DNA from: Eledone cirrhosa | Lineage: Eukaryota | Reading direction: 5' to 3' | Length of the DNA: 64,000 nucleotides | Assembly (NCBI GenBank): GCA_964016885.1 | Contig: OZ024744.1 | Coordinates: forward strand, 39,432,001-39,496,000 | Shown here: one piece after another, positions 13,319 to 27,285 of the stretch | Numbering within the stretch: the stretch's first letter is position 1 | Layout of the letters: each line of letters opens with the position of its first letter | Translations under genes and position numbers: made by a program | The notes under the pieces: generated by a model | The model's input: only the letters and a program-made list of their open reading frames with translations | Database searches by the model: none | What the model was told of the DNA's origin: nothing

Positions 13319-14109
13319 TGGGGATTCTTTTCTTTGTTTTGTGCCTCTCCTTTGTTCTGTCCTACGCTATCTTGTTTTTGTGTATTTATTGCTATAAATA
13401 CCAGAGTGTAATGTTCATCAATACAACCCCTAGAGGTGAATTAGCTTACAAATTTAGAAGGGCCCTAGATAAACTTAATATTAAGATAGTAGAAAGACCA
13501 GATACCTCCATAAAAACACTTATTAGTAATACATACCCTTTTCAAAGACCTCCCTGTGTAGATAAGAAATGCATAATCTGTAAACTAAGCCCCCATTTTA
13601 ACTGTAAAACTAGAAACATAGTATATAGCATAAGATGTACTGAAGGACAATGTAAAGATAAGAATATAGTATACATAGGTGAGACAGATCGTAGTATAGA
13701 GAGCTTCAAGATAGAAAAGAATCATCAGTACTCCACCAACATGCTAAAATAGAACATAAGCGCAAATTAGAGAACATAGAATTATAAAATAGAATCTACA
13801 CACACAAAAGTTGCAATATTTAGACAAATCACAGAGGCAATAAACATAAATGAACTCCAACCAAAATTAAATAGAAAACATGAATGGAATAGCAACATCA
13901 CAACTTACAATTAAGGACAAAATGAAAACACACACACATAGAACAAATAACCAACTAGTAACATGTAAATAAACAAATAAATAAACAAATAAAAACACAC
14001 ACAGACACCCGGATGTAACACATGCGCAAACTAAGCCCACAACACACACAAAAACAAGATGGCGTAGGACAGAACAAAGGAGAGGCACAAAACAAAGAAA
14101 AGAATCCCA

Positions 14110-14152
14110 GTCACTGAAGAGGTCACAGAATGTGTGACGAAAGAACTTTGAC
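14110..14152 (+). ncRNA. Minimal type I hammerhead ribozyme motif in the Penelope pLTR
   Basis: GTCA-CTGAAGA-G-GTCACA gaatg TGTGAC-GAAA-G-aa-C-TT-TGAC: core CUGANGA and GAAA, 6-bp stem II, very short stem III, 4-bp stem I. Confidence 0.7.
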
Positions 14153-14303
14153 AATATATGAACAACCGTCCGGTTGTGGAACCAACCAACCAACCGGAAA
14201 TTTATAAATTTAAAAAAAAAAAATTTTTATTTATAATAAATCGGAGTGAAACTAACTGGTGCGTGTGTTTCCTATTGGCAACATGACCCTCCCAAAGTAT
14301 AAC

Positions 14304-14370
<67 letters not shown>

Positions 14371-14374
<4 letters not shown>

Positions 14375-16440
14375 TCATTATCTAACGCCTGCTTTTTCCT
14401 GTTAGCAAGGGTTGTTACTGGCCCAGTCAATACTCAGCGGAGTGACTAACAAGCCGAAAGCCCGCATCTCGCTTAGATGCATTACCACGCTCTACCGAGT
14501 GAAATTTATCGTGGCACCAGCGCTAGAGATGACGTCGGCAGGTTTTTACGGCTCGATGTCCATTCTATCACCAACCTGTTTACAGAGTGTAATGGATGCG
14601 TTTATCTTCTAAATCACCAACACAAGAGATGTCGTGTCGTAACTGGAATGTTCTCTCAAACCCTTTTAAGCAATTTTTTTTTTTTTTTTTATGGCTGGAA
14701 ATCCTGGGTTCATTTTTATCATAGGCACTAGCTCTAGAGGGGTGTCCACCATAGATTTGACTGAGTAGCCCTCTCTAGGTTGGGAGGGGGGGCTTGAGGA
14801 GGTAATAAGTATGATAAATGTATCGTAGGTAAATGACAAGGAGTGGGGGAGTGACAAATTTGATGTCATGACATGTAAGGGAAGGGCAGGCTCAAGTAGT
14901 GATGTGGTGGGGGGGGGGGGGGAAGAAGAGTGAGAAAGTATGTTGTAGGTGTAAGACAGGTATAGTAGAGTTTGTGAGAGGGACGAGAGATGTGGGGTTT
15001 CAATCTGAGTAAAGTGTGGTTATACAGTGATAAGGATAGTTACTAAGAAGAGACGGTGGGAAGAAGGGTGATGTGAGGGTGGATGTTCCTGAGTAGGGAA
15101 GAGGTGTACAGTGATTATGAGAGTAGTATCTAAGGAGTGACGGTGGGTAAGGAGGGCGGGTCTTCTCCAGTATCACGCGTCGCCAATCCTTGCGGTACTT
15201 TATCGTGAGATTCAGCTTCCTAAGGACGGTCTTCACTACTTCATCTTAAGTCTTTCTAGGTTTACCTCAGTGTCCCATCCACTGAGATTTCCTTGCCTTT
15301 CTTTATACAGCTTTCATCTTCCATACACATCACATGTCCATACTATCGCAGTCACATTGTAATAGACACAATTTTTCTTTCGGCTCTCTTATTCTGTGCC
15401 GTTCATACACACGAATATTATACATCCACCGGAACATGCTAGCTTCATTTCTTTCTAACCTTCGTGTATCTTCTATAGTCAAGGCCTATGTTTCACGGTC
15501 ATGTAGCATTGAGGTTCGCACGCTGACATCATGTAGTCTACCCTTCACTAAGAGGGAGAAGCCATTTATTGAAAGCAGAGGTACTAATTCCCTAAACTCC
15601 TTTCACCCTGTTCTTATTCTGGCTACAATACTCTCAAATCATCCTCCCCTTAGGTAACAAAAAGTCGTCAACTTCTGGGGAGCTTCCCGAGCAATCATGG
15701 CAATCAATATCATGTGTGTTCTTAGTGCTTACTTCTCCTGTGCATCTGCCACATATAAAGTCTATTTTCTTTGTTAACCTTCCTGCAATCGTACTACATC
15801 ACTTATGCATCCATAGATCACACAGAGTGTATCATATGGAATTTCTGCCCACTCATTCTCGACAAATAAAACAAGGACTTTTCCCTGATGGTTTGGGGAT
15901 CCTGTTTTCTTTCCTATTTATCGGTATTTTCTATTCGTTAATTTTATTTTGAGGCCTTTCGATTCTAGGTTTCTCTTCCCTGTCAAGAATTTCGCCTTCG
16001 AATTCAGATATAATGAATAGGTCATCAGCATACAGGAGTTGACATGGATTGTTTATTTCAAACTCTTCAGTGATGGACTGAAAGACAATAATAAATAGAA
16101 GTGGACTGAGAACCGAACCTTGGTGGACGCCCACCTGTAATTCAAATTCATTAATGTATTTACTGCCATCCCTCACCTTGCTGGTTGCATTTCTATACAT
16201 AGCTTGTTAGTCCTCGTCAGCCATGCGTCAACACGGAGCTTCCTTAGTGCCCACCAGATTATAGAGCGAGAGACCCTGCCAAAGGCCTTCTCTAGATCCA
16301 TAAATGTTCGGTACAGGTCTTTACTATTAGCTAAGTACCTTTCCTAGAATTATCAAACGACAAAGAGAGCATCGGTAGTATCCCTATATGGCATAAAGCC
16401 GAACTGCATCTCATTGTGGTTAATGCTATCCTTAAGTCTA
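14371..16440 (-). mobile_element. Degenerate, 5'-truncated RTE-like LINE related to the element at 379-3835
   Basis: ORF 15931-16200 (MYRNATSKVR...GVHQGSVLSPLLF...LLYADDL) and a PHD-like remnant. Its 3' end abuts (TA)n at 14305-14370. Confidence 0.8.
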
Positions 16441-18345
16441 TCCTACACGTGACAATGGTTGTTCGACAAAACTCCACAAGTCAACAATGCCCGGACTCTA
16501 GACGAGTGCGTGTAGAACGGTTTCATCGCTTTGTGCACATCTTGGACTTTCAGCACTTCCGTGCCTGTATAATTTGTTTCGAACTGGCAGTGCTCCCCGG
16601 TAACACAGCCAAGTCAGGGATTTCTGGAAAGTATCCCTCGGCCCCGGATCAGAAGTCCTACGGAACAGACTGGCTAGTTTCTACTCCTCGACGCCCAGAC
16701 TCTGAACGTCATCGCACTTTCCCACTACTAATTCTCTATAGTACACTAACGTGAAATATGCAATGACCCCATTGCCCAATTAGTAGAGGGCTGTGAGCGC
16801 CCAACAACATTATAGGTGCCAGGTTCACAGTCTCAGTTTTTGCTTCACCCATGATTGCAGCTCAGTCAAAGAGACGGGCTGCCGAAAGACGTGAATCACA
16901 AACGGTGACGAAACTTGTTCACCATTGGAATATCTGCAAATGCCGTAACCCCAGTGCATCATCAGCCACAACATGCCCAGCTCTCCACTCAAAGGGTGTT
17001 GGCAGTAGATGAAACGCCTAGCCAATGAAACTTGTCCTTTCCATGAGAAATGAAATTGCAGGCACTGCGGTATGCAGATCGGAGCAAAGCACGACGGTCA
17101 AGTGGTAATAGTTGACGGAAGCAATTGTACGGCGTGTTCACCACCTCTGCACAACCTTTCGAGGATAGCTTCCTCTCAGCCAATTTCTGGGTAAGAGTGA
17201 CCACCTTGCTAGTTACCTCGTCCCAGTTCTTAGCCACCTGGAGTGCCGCTCTGAACCAGACCCTGAGCAACTTGATTAAGCCCTCGGTTTAGCGTCCCAC
17301 AACGATATTGAAAGGCATGAATTTGCTTCTCCAGGTGTCGAGCTGCCAACCCACTGACTTATCCGGGTTGATTTTTGTTTCCGTCAAAGTTTCATATTTT
17401 TCTAATAAGTTGCCGACCACCTCTATTTCCGAAGTGTTCGATGCCATCACGATGACGTTGTCCGCATATGCTGACACAGCTCTTCTACTCCCCGGTTTGA
17501 GCAATAATGGCTCGAGAGTCATCACATACCGAAGGGGAGAGAGGGGGGCATCATTGGCGAACCGAGCGTGTGATATGAAACGGATGCCGCTGTGCAGTGC
17601 AGCGATCCAGCCTCTGATGACGTGACAGAAGCCGAGTGCCATAAGGACAGCCTTCGTGTATCGATTGTCGATTATATCGAATTATTTCGATTGATCTAAA
17701 CTGATCAGAGAGAGCTCCACCGAAGTCAGTTTAATCCCTCTACACTTTCTATGATGTATCACACGAAGTGGGGGTTGTGCGTAGACCTGCTTGGGATTGC
17801 GCTTCCCCTACCATACTTTTGACAACAAGCGCCAGCCTCGTTTCTAGCACCTTCGCCAAAATCTTAAGTTCTGCGCTGAGCTGTTATGAACCAGAAATTA
17901 TCGACAACGTTCCCTTTGCTTTCGCCTTTCTTCATCAAGTTGTAATGATAGTGAGGGTGTGATACTTTTCAATTATGTAAAGTCAATTTCATAATTTAAT
18001 TCCGTGCTTTGTTGTTGTTGTTGCTTCGTTTGATGTCTTCCGAACTCGTTGACCTTTGGCTGTTCCATGTGTGGACAGCTGGCTGTTATTATTATTATTT
18101 TTTTTTTTTCATTGGAAAAGTTATTTTCATCGGCCATATTTTAGTTTTTAAAAAATGTGGGTGCGTTTGTACAATAAACAATAGATATTACACCTATGGG
18201 TTGCAGATCACGAAAATTCCGATTGGTATAACGACAAAACAATATAAAATGTCTTAAGAAAAATGTTAAAAGAAACAAACGTCCTAACAACAATGTAAAA
18301 AAGAAACAAACTCCGCGATCTGCAGAACCTCTTGAGACTCTACCG
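16441..18345 (-). mobile_element. Old, internally deleted Tx1-like LINE
   Basis: ORF2 remnants (VSAYADNV, INPDKSVG, KNWDEVTSKV, CQHPL.G.LGM.WLMM). The probable 5' end GACTCTACCG is followed by (TAA)n. Confidence 0.75.
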
Positions 18346-18367
18346 TAATAATAATAATAATAATAAT

Positions 18368-18680
18368 GATTTCTTTATTGGCCACAAGGGCTGACATCAA
18401 GAAAAATATCACAGACGGAACAGGACGGTACGATGTGGGTTTTGTGCGTGTAAATATTTTTATTATTTATATAAGAAAAGAAAAAAGACATAAAACATAT
18501 ATATATATATATATAAACAATAAAATGAAAATTGAAACAATGAAAAATTCCCCAATAGGGGGAAAACCTCCGAGGGTTACTCGTGGCGAAAACCACACTA
18601 AAGACCACGGCCACCCTGACTACCAGGGCAAGCGCCCTCTCTCAATTTTTCCATCTCTCAAACTACAGACGTATATTCAT
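18368..18680 (-). mobile_element. Tx1-like LINE 3' UTR stub between two (AAT)n tracts
   Basis: (AAT)n-GATTTCTTTATTGGCCACAAGGG and the conserved AAAATTCCCCAATAGGGG...ACCCTGACTACCAGGGCAAG block. Confidence 0.75.
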
Positions 18681-18688
18681 AAAAATAT

Positions 18689-18732
<44 letters not shown>

Positions 18733-18734
18733 GT

Positions 18735-21248
18735 TCATAACATACATGCCCCATGGATAGACAGACAAATGAAAGATACAGCTCACCTTGAGGAACAAAT
18801 ATGGGAAAATATAACAGTTGAACAGTTGCGCTTGGCTCTAAGAAAAACCAGCAAATGAAAATCCCCAGGAAAAGACAAAATACATAACTTTTGGATAAAT
18901 GCCTTCACAGAGTCTCATGAGCTGTTAGCCTAACTTTACAATGAAATAGTTAAGGAGCCAGAAAAGATACCATCATGGCTAGTTAACGGCATTACATTCC
19001 TGCTTCCGAAGAATGATGAGACAAACAATCCCAAAAATTACAGACCGATAACTTGCTTGACCACAATGTATAAAATTTTAACATCAGTCCTAACTGAATA
19101 CACATATGACCACCTGATAACAAATGACCTATTTCCTATTGAGCAGAAAGGGTGTAAACGAGGATCATATGACTGTAAGGATCAGCTTATGGTTAACAAA
19201 ATGATATTGGAAGATTGTCATAATAGACACAAAAATCTATCGATTGCTTGGATAGATTATAAAAAAGCATTCAATAGTTTGCCACACAGTTGGATTGAAA
19301 AATGTTTAGAGATTTTCAAAATATCCCCCGTTGTCAGGAGATTTTTGTCATTCAGTATGAAGACATGGAAAACGACACTCCTTTTGAATAGTGAAACAAA
19401 ATCACTGGAAGCTGGAGAAGTTAATATTAATTGTGGAATTTTTCAGGGTGACTCTTTATCACCGCTTTTATTCTGCATCGCACTTATACCATTAAGTAAA
19501 ATGCTCAATGAAACAAAACATGGATATAAAGTCTATGACAAAACCATTAATCACCTGTTCTACATGGATGACCTGAAACTATTTGCAAAAAATGATGAAC
19601 AATTGCAAGGGCTATTATCCACTGTGGAGCAGTTCAGTGATGACATTAAAATGGAGTTTGGACTAGATAAATGCGCCAAAGCAACGTTCACCAGAGGAAA
19701 GCTGCTGAAGAGTTCAGACATTAATCTTGATCGGGGGAACGTGATAAGAGAACTTGATCAAGAAAAAACTTACAAATATCTAGGTGTTTGTGAAGGAGAC
19801 GGAATCAAGCACTCGACAATGAGGGAAAGGATAAGGAAGGAATGTTACCGCAGAGTAAGAGCAATCTTAAGAACGGAATTGAATGCAAGGAATAGGATCG
19901 ATGCCATAAACACGCTTGCCATAACCAGTAGTAACTTACAATGTCATCAACTGGTCAAGCACAGAGATCCGTAGGCTCGATACAAAAATTCGAAAATTCT
20001 TAACCATGCACAGAATGCATCACCCTAAGGCAGATATAGATAGAATATATCTCCCTAGGAAAGAAGGAGGACGTGGGTTAATCCAGTTAGACATTGCGGT
20101 GAAAACTGCAACAATTGGATTATCTACATATCTAAGGGAATCACATGATTGGATGATCAAACTCGTTTTGAAACACGAAAGCATCAAAAGATCATATTCC
20201 ATTACAAAAGATGCACAAAGATACAGTAATGGACTACAAATTTCAGAAGTCCCATTTACTGCTGAAATGTAAAACACAGAAAAAGCAAAGCAGGTAAAAG
20301 TAACTGCAAAGAAAGAACTGCTACAGAAACTGGCTAAGAAATGGCAAGAAAAGCCTCTGTATGGAAAATACCCAGAGCGAGCTAACAATCCTGATGTTGA
20401 CAAAACTTTAACCCATCAGTGGTTGGCATCCTCTGGACTGAAATCGGAGACTGAAGGACTGATTATATCAGCACAAGATCAGTGTCTGCCAACAAAAAAT
20501 TACCAAGCCAACATAATAAAAATGGATGCAGCCCATTATGCCGTGTATGCAAAAAAGAACCAGAGACCATTGACCATATAATTTCAATGTGCAGTCCTAT
20601 AGCTCCAACCGAATACCTAAACAGGCATGACAGAGCTGCACAATACATACATTGGATAATGTGTAAGCATTTTGACCTGCCCCATCAAAAGAATTGGTGG
20701 GAGCATCAACCACCTCCCATACTTGAAAAAGATCACATCTCAATCTTGTGGAACTTTAGCATCCAAACAGACCGAAAAATAGATGCAAATAGACCTGATA
20801 TAATATTGAAGGACTTTAAAAAGAGAGTATGCCTGCTAATTGATATGTCTGTTCCAATAGACAAGAATGTATCTATAAAAACATTTGAAAAATTGAGCAA
20901 GTATAAGGACCTGGAGATAGAAATTGGAAAAATGTGGAAATTGAGAACTAAAACAATACCAGTGGTTGTAGGCGCTCTGGGAATGATACCTAAGGGGTCT
21001 AATGACTACTTATCGCAAATCCCAGGAAACCCGCGTATAGGAGAAATATAAAAGATAGTACTAATGGGAACTGCCCATATACTAAGGAAGATTCTGTCAA
21101 TATCAGTACATCACAAGTCTAAACACTAAAGATGCATGTGTGAGTATGTATGTTCTTTCTTGAACATGGCGGACCTTGTTGTCTCTTGAGGTCACTGGTT
21201 GTGACTTGGTGATAACTCGTATGAACATAAAGCAAGATAAATGCAACT

Positions 21249-21250
<2 letters not shown>
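18735..21250 (+). mobile_element. Dong/R4-clade non-LTR retrotransposon (RT plus restriction-like endonuclease), 5'-truncated, in (AAT)n
   Basis: RT motifs NYRPITCL, EQKGC, WIDYKKAF, GIFQGDSLSPLLF, HLFYMDDLKL; zinc knuckle CRVCKKEPETIDHIISMC; RHD; RLE NRPDIILKD...IDMSVP...EKLSKYKDL. Several stops/frameshifts; (AAT)n on both sides. Confidence 0.9.
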
Positions 21251-21297
<47 letters not shown>

Positions 21298-21524
21298 TTT
21301 CTTTATTAACCACAAGGTTTTACATAAAGTAGACATTAAGGACAGTGCAGGACAATACAGTACGGTACAAATGGGCATTTCTGCGTGTAAAAAACAAAGA
21401 GGATGTAACAAAAAATAACAATGAAAAATTCCCCAATAGGGACATTTGTGGAGGAAGCCCAGTAAAAGGCCACAGTGACCCTGACCACCAAGGCAAGTGC
21501 CCTCTCCCAGTTTTCCACCTTTAA

Positions 21525-24500
21525 TTTACAGCTATATACTCAGAGTAGGCCCATTCACTCGGGCCATTCTTGCTTCTCTCACCCATCTTTCAACAAAATG
21601 CTGGGAAGTCAATCAGAGCATCACCGAAGAGGTAAGTGCTCATCTTCAGCCCTTTCAAACGTGTCCACCATACTATCTCTTTCGCCATGGCCACCAGACA
21701 GATAAAAACTGCCTGCCCTTCCCGGCTAAAGGAGGAGGGCGGGGCAATCCTCACGATGGACTCAGATGATAGCCGGATCCGTCCTACACGCGACAGCAGG
21801 TGTTTGACATAAACCCACAAGTCAGCAATTTTCGGACACTGGACGAGTGCGTGCAGGACGGTTTCGTCGCCCTGCGCGCATCTCGGACATGCCCGGCTGA
21901 CGGCACCTCCATGCCTGTAGAGTTTATCCCGAACTGGCAAGGCTCCTCGGTAGCACTGCCAGGCCAGAGATTTCTGGAAGTTGTCCATAGGCCCTGGCCC
22001 GAAAGTTCTTCCGAAGAGATTGGCTAGTTGATTTTCGTCGACGCCTAGAGTTTCCCCAAGTACGTCGTCGCTCTTCCCCTCCACTAATGCTCTATAGAAC
22101 GCCGAGGTGGAGTTTCCACCGATCACATTGCCCGATTGGTCGAGGGCTGTGAGCGCCTGAAGACATTCCAGTCTCCAGGCGCTCCCTCTCGGTCTTCGCT
22201 TGACCCAGGACTGCAGCTCCGTCAAGGAAACGAGCTGGAGAAATACGTGTCTAGCAAACGGCGACCACACCTGATCACCGTCGAGGAAGAGGTGGAGATG
22301 TCGTAGCCTGAGCGCGTGCCTGCGCATCATCAGCCACGGCATTCCCAGCCCTCCACGTAGCGGGTGTTGACAACAGATGGACCGCCTGACCATCGGAGCG
22401 CGTCCCTTCCACAAAAAGCGAAAGAGCAAACGCTCCAGCGCAGTCAGGCGAGGCTTAGGACAAAGTACGACGGTCAGGCGGTAGCAGATGACAGACGCGA
22501 TGTACGCGTTAGTCACCTCCGCTCGACCTTTCAGGGATAGCTTCCTCTCTGCCCATTTCTGGGTGAGAGAAGCCACCCTGCTCGTCACCTCGTCCCAGTT
22601 TTTGTCCGTCTGGAGGTCCGGACCGAAACAGACCCCTAGCAATTTAACCGGTCCGTCCGTCCAGCGTCCGACGACGCTGTTGGACGGCATGGACCTGCCT
22701 CTCCAGGTGCCGAGCTGCAGGCCCACTGACTTTTCCTGGTTGATCATTGCTCCTGTCACCGCTTCGTATTCTCTTAGTGTAGTGCCGATCGCCTCGATGT
22801 GTTTGGCGTTCGACACCACTACGGTGACATCGTCCGCATATGCTGACACGGATCTTCCGCATCCTAGTTCGCGCGGGACGCCCCTCAACGTCTCCAGTTT
22901 GTGCAGTAATGGCTCGAGAGTCAATACGTACAAGAGGGGACATCCTTGGCGCACCGAGCGCATGATGTTGAACGGTTCCGACAGGTGACCGTTCACTCTC
23001 ACCACAGAGCAGATGTCGCTGTGCATGGCAGCGATCCAGCCTCTGAAGACGGGCCCAAAGCCAGCCGCCCTCAGGACTGCCGCTTGGTAACGATGGTCGA
23101 CCCTATCGAAAGCTTTCGACTGATCTAAATTGATCAAGGACCCACCCGTGCCAGGTTCCCTAGCTACCCTCTCTACGATGTATCGCATGAGGTGGAGGTT
23201 GTCGTGGATGGATCTGTCGGGAATGGCGCATGTCTGCGCCTCTCCCACCAGACCACCAACGACAAGCGCCAACCTCTTTTTTAGCACCTTGGCCAAAATC
23301 TTGAACTCTGTGTTTAGCAGAGTTATGGGCCGGAAATTATCTATGTTATCCCCCTTGTTCGGATCCTTTCTCAGCAGTGCCACCGCTCCTCGGCTCACAG
23401 AACTGGGAATTCTTCCGTTCTGTTGCCAGTTGCAGTAGACGTTCGCCAAGAGGCCTCCGAACAAGTCTGGCATCTGTACGTAAAGTTCATAGGGCAGACC
23501 ATCCAAACCAGGCGATTTACCCCTTGTGCAGCCAGTCATTCCCTCCCTTACTTCAGCGGCTGTTATCGGCTTTTCGCAACACTTCGCCTTAGTGGACGAG
23601 AGCCGCGGCAGTCCGTCGAGGTAGACACTAAAACCATCCCTCGACCCGGCCCACCGCTGCCCCCGAACAGCTGAGCGAAGAGTCGCTGAAAAGCTTCACA
23701 CATTTGCCGGGATCGAGTAGAATGCGCCCGTCGTGGTCCACCAAAGACCGGATCGTGGCTTTGTTGCCACGACGCGCCTCCGCCACTCGGGCCCATTGAA
23801 CGGCTTTCGTCCCCTCGTGTCTGAGAGCACGCACCCTTGCTCTGACAACGCAGCCTTCGTGCTTTGCATTGAAGAATTGGTCAAGGGCCAATTTCGCCAC
23901 AAGCACGTCGGTCGCAATGCCTTTGCTAAGCGCCTCGTCTAATTTTCTAACTAGTTCTCCCTCTGCTCTATTTTTCTCTATTGCTAAAGCCTTACTAAAC
24001 CTAATGGATTCTATTCTAATCGCTCTTTTCAGAGCAAACCACCACTTGTTGTTGACGATGGCCCCCGTCAACGCCCGCTTAACTAGTTGGCTAATCCGGT
24101 CTCTGTAGGCCTTGCGCGCTGGTAAGGACGCGTTTAGCTTCCAGTAGCCGGGTCCTCGTCTATGAAGCCTATCTAAGTCAAGCACACAGATCACGAATTT
24201 GTGGTCCGTGTAGCTGACTATCTTGAATTGTGGACAGCCTATGCTAGACCTATCTATTTCCCTACAAAATACTCTATCTAGATATGATCTGGATGACCAT
24301 ATGCGATTTGTCCAAGTCCACATTGGCACATTCGGGAAATCCAATCGGTACCTGTCAGACAGTTCAAAACACCTGAGCAGGTCGGTGAGGCTCTTGCACC
24401 CTCCACCCCTATCCGCTAATCCCACACAGTCCCAGCGTGCATCTAAGATCCCGTTCCAGTCGCCCACTAACACTAAAGAGCGGGACGTTCCAAGAAAGGT

Positions 24501-24881
24501 CTCCAGACGCCGGAAGAAATCAGGCCGCCCTGCTCCTGTCGGGGCATAGACGGCCACTAGCCTGAAAGCTTGCCCGTCTCCGCTGGTCACGTCCAGCACC
24601 ACCAACTTACCCTCTGGGTCCAGGAAGATGGCCCGTATGGCGAGATCCAAACCTCTCCGAAAAATCACAGCCACTCATCCCCCCGATCCAGGACGGCTGG
24701 GAGATGCGTACACATCGTAGCCGCCGAAGATCGGTGCGAAGGCCCGTGCTTCGGAGATTCTGGTCTCGCTGATGGCCACTACATCTATGTTTAGTGACCT
24801 GAGGTCGTTGAGCAGGTGACCCTGCTTCCATGACGACCCCAAGCCACGCGCATTTATGCTGCCTATTCTGAGTGAGGTCAT
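21525..24881 (-). pseudogene. ORF2 (APE-RT-CCHC) of copy A, frameshifted
   Basis: Broken into ORFs 24675-24881, 23628-24674 and 21590-23539, with small deletions relative to copy B. Confidence 0.88.
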
Positions 24882-25000
24882 GTTTAAAATAGAGTGGAAA
24901 AGATGGGAAAGACCACTTACCGTACTTTTGGTAGAGGAGGGATGGTTTTTCCATCCCTTTTCACTTGATCGTCTGGTAAAGGGACCGTTGAATCGTCCCT

Positions 25001-27013
25001 TCAGCTGGTCATCGGCTCTTCTATGAGTATGTCCGAATATACTCTTCGGTTGATAGTTCCTCCTAGGTCTCTGAAATCACCAACTGCGTTGGGGAATTTC
25101 GTTTTAATGTTTGTGTATTGTTTCTGTGCTATTTTTAGCAGTCTTATGTTAGTTGGCGTTTTGATTGGTGCTGGTATTATGTAGTCGTGTTGTGAAATGT
25201 CTGTGTGTTCAATTATGTAAGTCATTAGTTTCTTGTTGTGTGTATTTATTGCCGTGCATTTGTTTTTCTGGGGGTGGGGTGTGGTTCTGCTATTTTCTAG
25301 TCGTTGTTGCTGGGTGTGTGTGTTTTGTTGTTGTGTTTGCGATGTTGGTGCTTGTGGTGTTGAAGGTGATGTTGGCGGTGGGGTTGTCGCCGGTGGTGAT
25401 GGTGGTGCTAGTGTGGGTGGTGATGGTGTTGGTGGTGTTGCTGCTGTGAGTCTCTTTGCAGTAGACTTTACCCTTTTTTCATTTCTTTCCTCCCTTTTCA
25501 AAGGCGACGATGCGCTGCTTCTGCGTTTGTGCCTTCTTACGACCTTTTGCCATCCCTCTCCAACCTCACACTCCATGTCTGATTCTGTGAGGTCGGGGAG
25601 GGGTACCAGCTCCACTCTTTCACTTGTTGTTGGTGATGTTTGCACTGGAGTCTCTGTTGCAGCTGCATTTGGTATTGCTGTTGTTGTTGTTAATACTTCC
25701 ACTGCTGCTGCTGTTTTTGATTTCCGTGGCGTGTGTATGGGTGCCACGGACCTATCGTTCCTGGTTTCCGCTTGTCCTGTTGCTGCTAGCCGTGGAGCCG
25801 GTTTCGGAAGGAGGGGGGTTTTCTCCTTTCTCGGGGTCTTCTCGTTGCAGAAGGCCCTGAGGTGAATCTTCGAACCACAGCGAAAGCATTTCGGGCGTTT
25901 GCCCTCAACACTTATGGGCAGTTGAGTGCCGTTATCGAAATCTATCACATCCGGGATAGCTTCGATGCACTCCTGGTTGGTTTGGATTAACATCTCAATG
26001 GAGGTGCCAACCCAATCTTCTCTTACTTTTTTCTGTACTTGCAGTACAGTTGTTTTGTCCTCGATTCCGACGAGGGCAGACGCGGCCAGCTAAGAAGGGG
26101 CCATCCCGGGGGGGACGTGGGTCAGTTTGACCCTCACAATTTTTTGGCCGCAGTAGGAGGGCACCAACACCATTTCCTCGCTCCTTAGGGTCACTAAGGA
26201 TTGAGCCTTTGCCTCCTGGGGTGTGGCAAAAAGTACGTCTACGGTGGCATATTTCTTGCCTCGGGTGATGTGCGTTTTCCGCTGCCACACAGACCCCAAG
26301 GCTTTTTGTATTTGAGCCTCTGTGGCTCTTTCAACCCTACGGGATTTTGTACTTACTGTACGGTACGTGACCGTACAGTGCTGTTGGGTTTCGAAAAAAT
26401 TTTCGGCTGCCTTGCAGATTGCTCGGTGTCTAGTTTTTGTCACCATCTTCTTCGCTTCCTCTAATTCCTCATTTGTTATGAGGATGGTTTCCAGGTTCTT
26501 CGCGATACCTGCAAACGAGATTGGTTTTTCTTTGCTGCTGTTGTTGTTGTTGTTGTCGTCAGAGCTGCTGTTACTTTTGTTGTTGCTGCAGATACTACGA
26601 CTACTGCCGCCGCCGCTGTTGCTGTGGTTGTTGTTGTTGTTGCTGCTGCTAATGCTGTTGTTGTTTATGCTGCTGCTGATGCTGTTGCGGCTGCTACTGT
26701 TGTTTTCATTGTCACTGTTGCTGTTGTTATTACGGCTGCTACTGCTATTATTCCTGACGTCAGACGAATGAAATGGGTTTTCGTATTTCCCGCACACCTG
26801 TTTCGTCGTTGTCGTCGTCGTCGTGGAGAAATCTGGCACGCTTTGCACGAGACTTTTCTTTTCTGTCGTCGCTTGCGAAAGAGAAGGGAGAGAGAGAGAC
26901 ACATTTAAAGAAGGGAGGGAGAGAGACAATCTTCTCTCTGCTGTAGTGACGATTGAGGAAGAAGAAGACGGAATGAGTGGGAGTGACCTATGAAAATTCT
27001 AATTCGTAGCCAT
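25001..27013 (-). pseudogene. ORF1 (gag-like, Asn/Ser-rich N-terminus, CCHC zinc knuckle) of copy A
   Basis: ATG at 27013; one frame to 25001 with two in-frame TAG stops (codon 5, and 26090-26092). Copy E has AAG and TGG at these codons. Knuckle CFRCGSKIHLRAFC. Confidence 0.85.
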
Positions 27014-27228
27014 GTTGTTTTTTTGTTTAAAATAAATATTGGGCACAAAACCCCAATAAGCAGTTATTTAACCCCGAAGGGCCAAATAACGGGCAGAAAG
27101 ACCCCTCTCACGAGGAGGAGGGTGTTTTTGTCTACAAGTTGGTTAAAGTTTTAAACAATTTACAATTGTTATAGCGGTTAAAATTTACAATACCTTACAG
27201 AGCCGAGCCTCCGTCAACCATAGCATTC

Positions 27229-27285
<57 letters not shown>

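Larger units (their letters stand above)
13136..14304 (+). mobile_element. Penelope-like element, 5'-truncated, with inverted pseudo-LTR
   Basis: GIY-YIG endonuclease remnant (CKTRNIVYSIRC...VYIGETDRS, ~13400-13900). 13136-13384 is an inverted copy of 14046-14304. Confidence 0.85.
21296..27228 (-). mobile_element. Full-length Tx1-like (L1 clade) LINE, copy A
   Basis: Two-ORF structure. (AAT)n at both ends (21251-21295 and from 27229). On the element strand it ends AATAAAGAAATC-(ATT)n with no poly(A). Confidence 0.93.

Noticed and set aside
26090-26092. Possible programmed frameshift or readthrough between the 279-aa and 330-aa ORFs
   Set aside because: The two parts are in the same frame and copy E has TGG here, so a nonsense mutation is the simpler explanation.
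25165-26908. Hydrophobic plus-strand ORFs (poly-L/V/C) resembling membrane proteins, also at 32832-34575 and 57282-57973
   Set aside because: Antisense shadows of the low-complexity ORF1.
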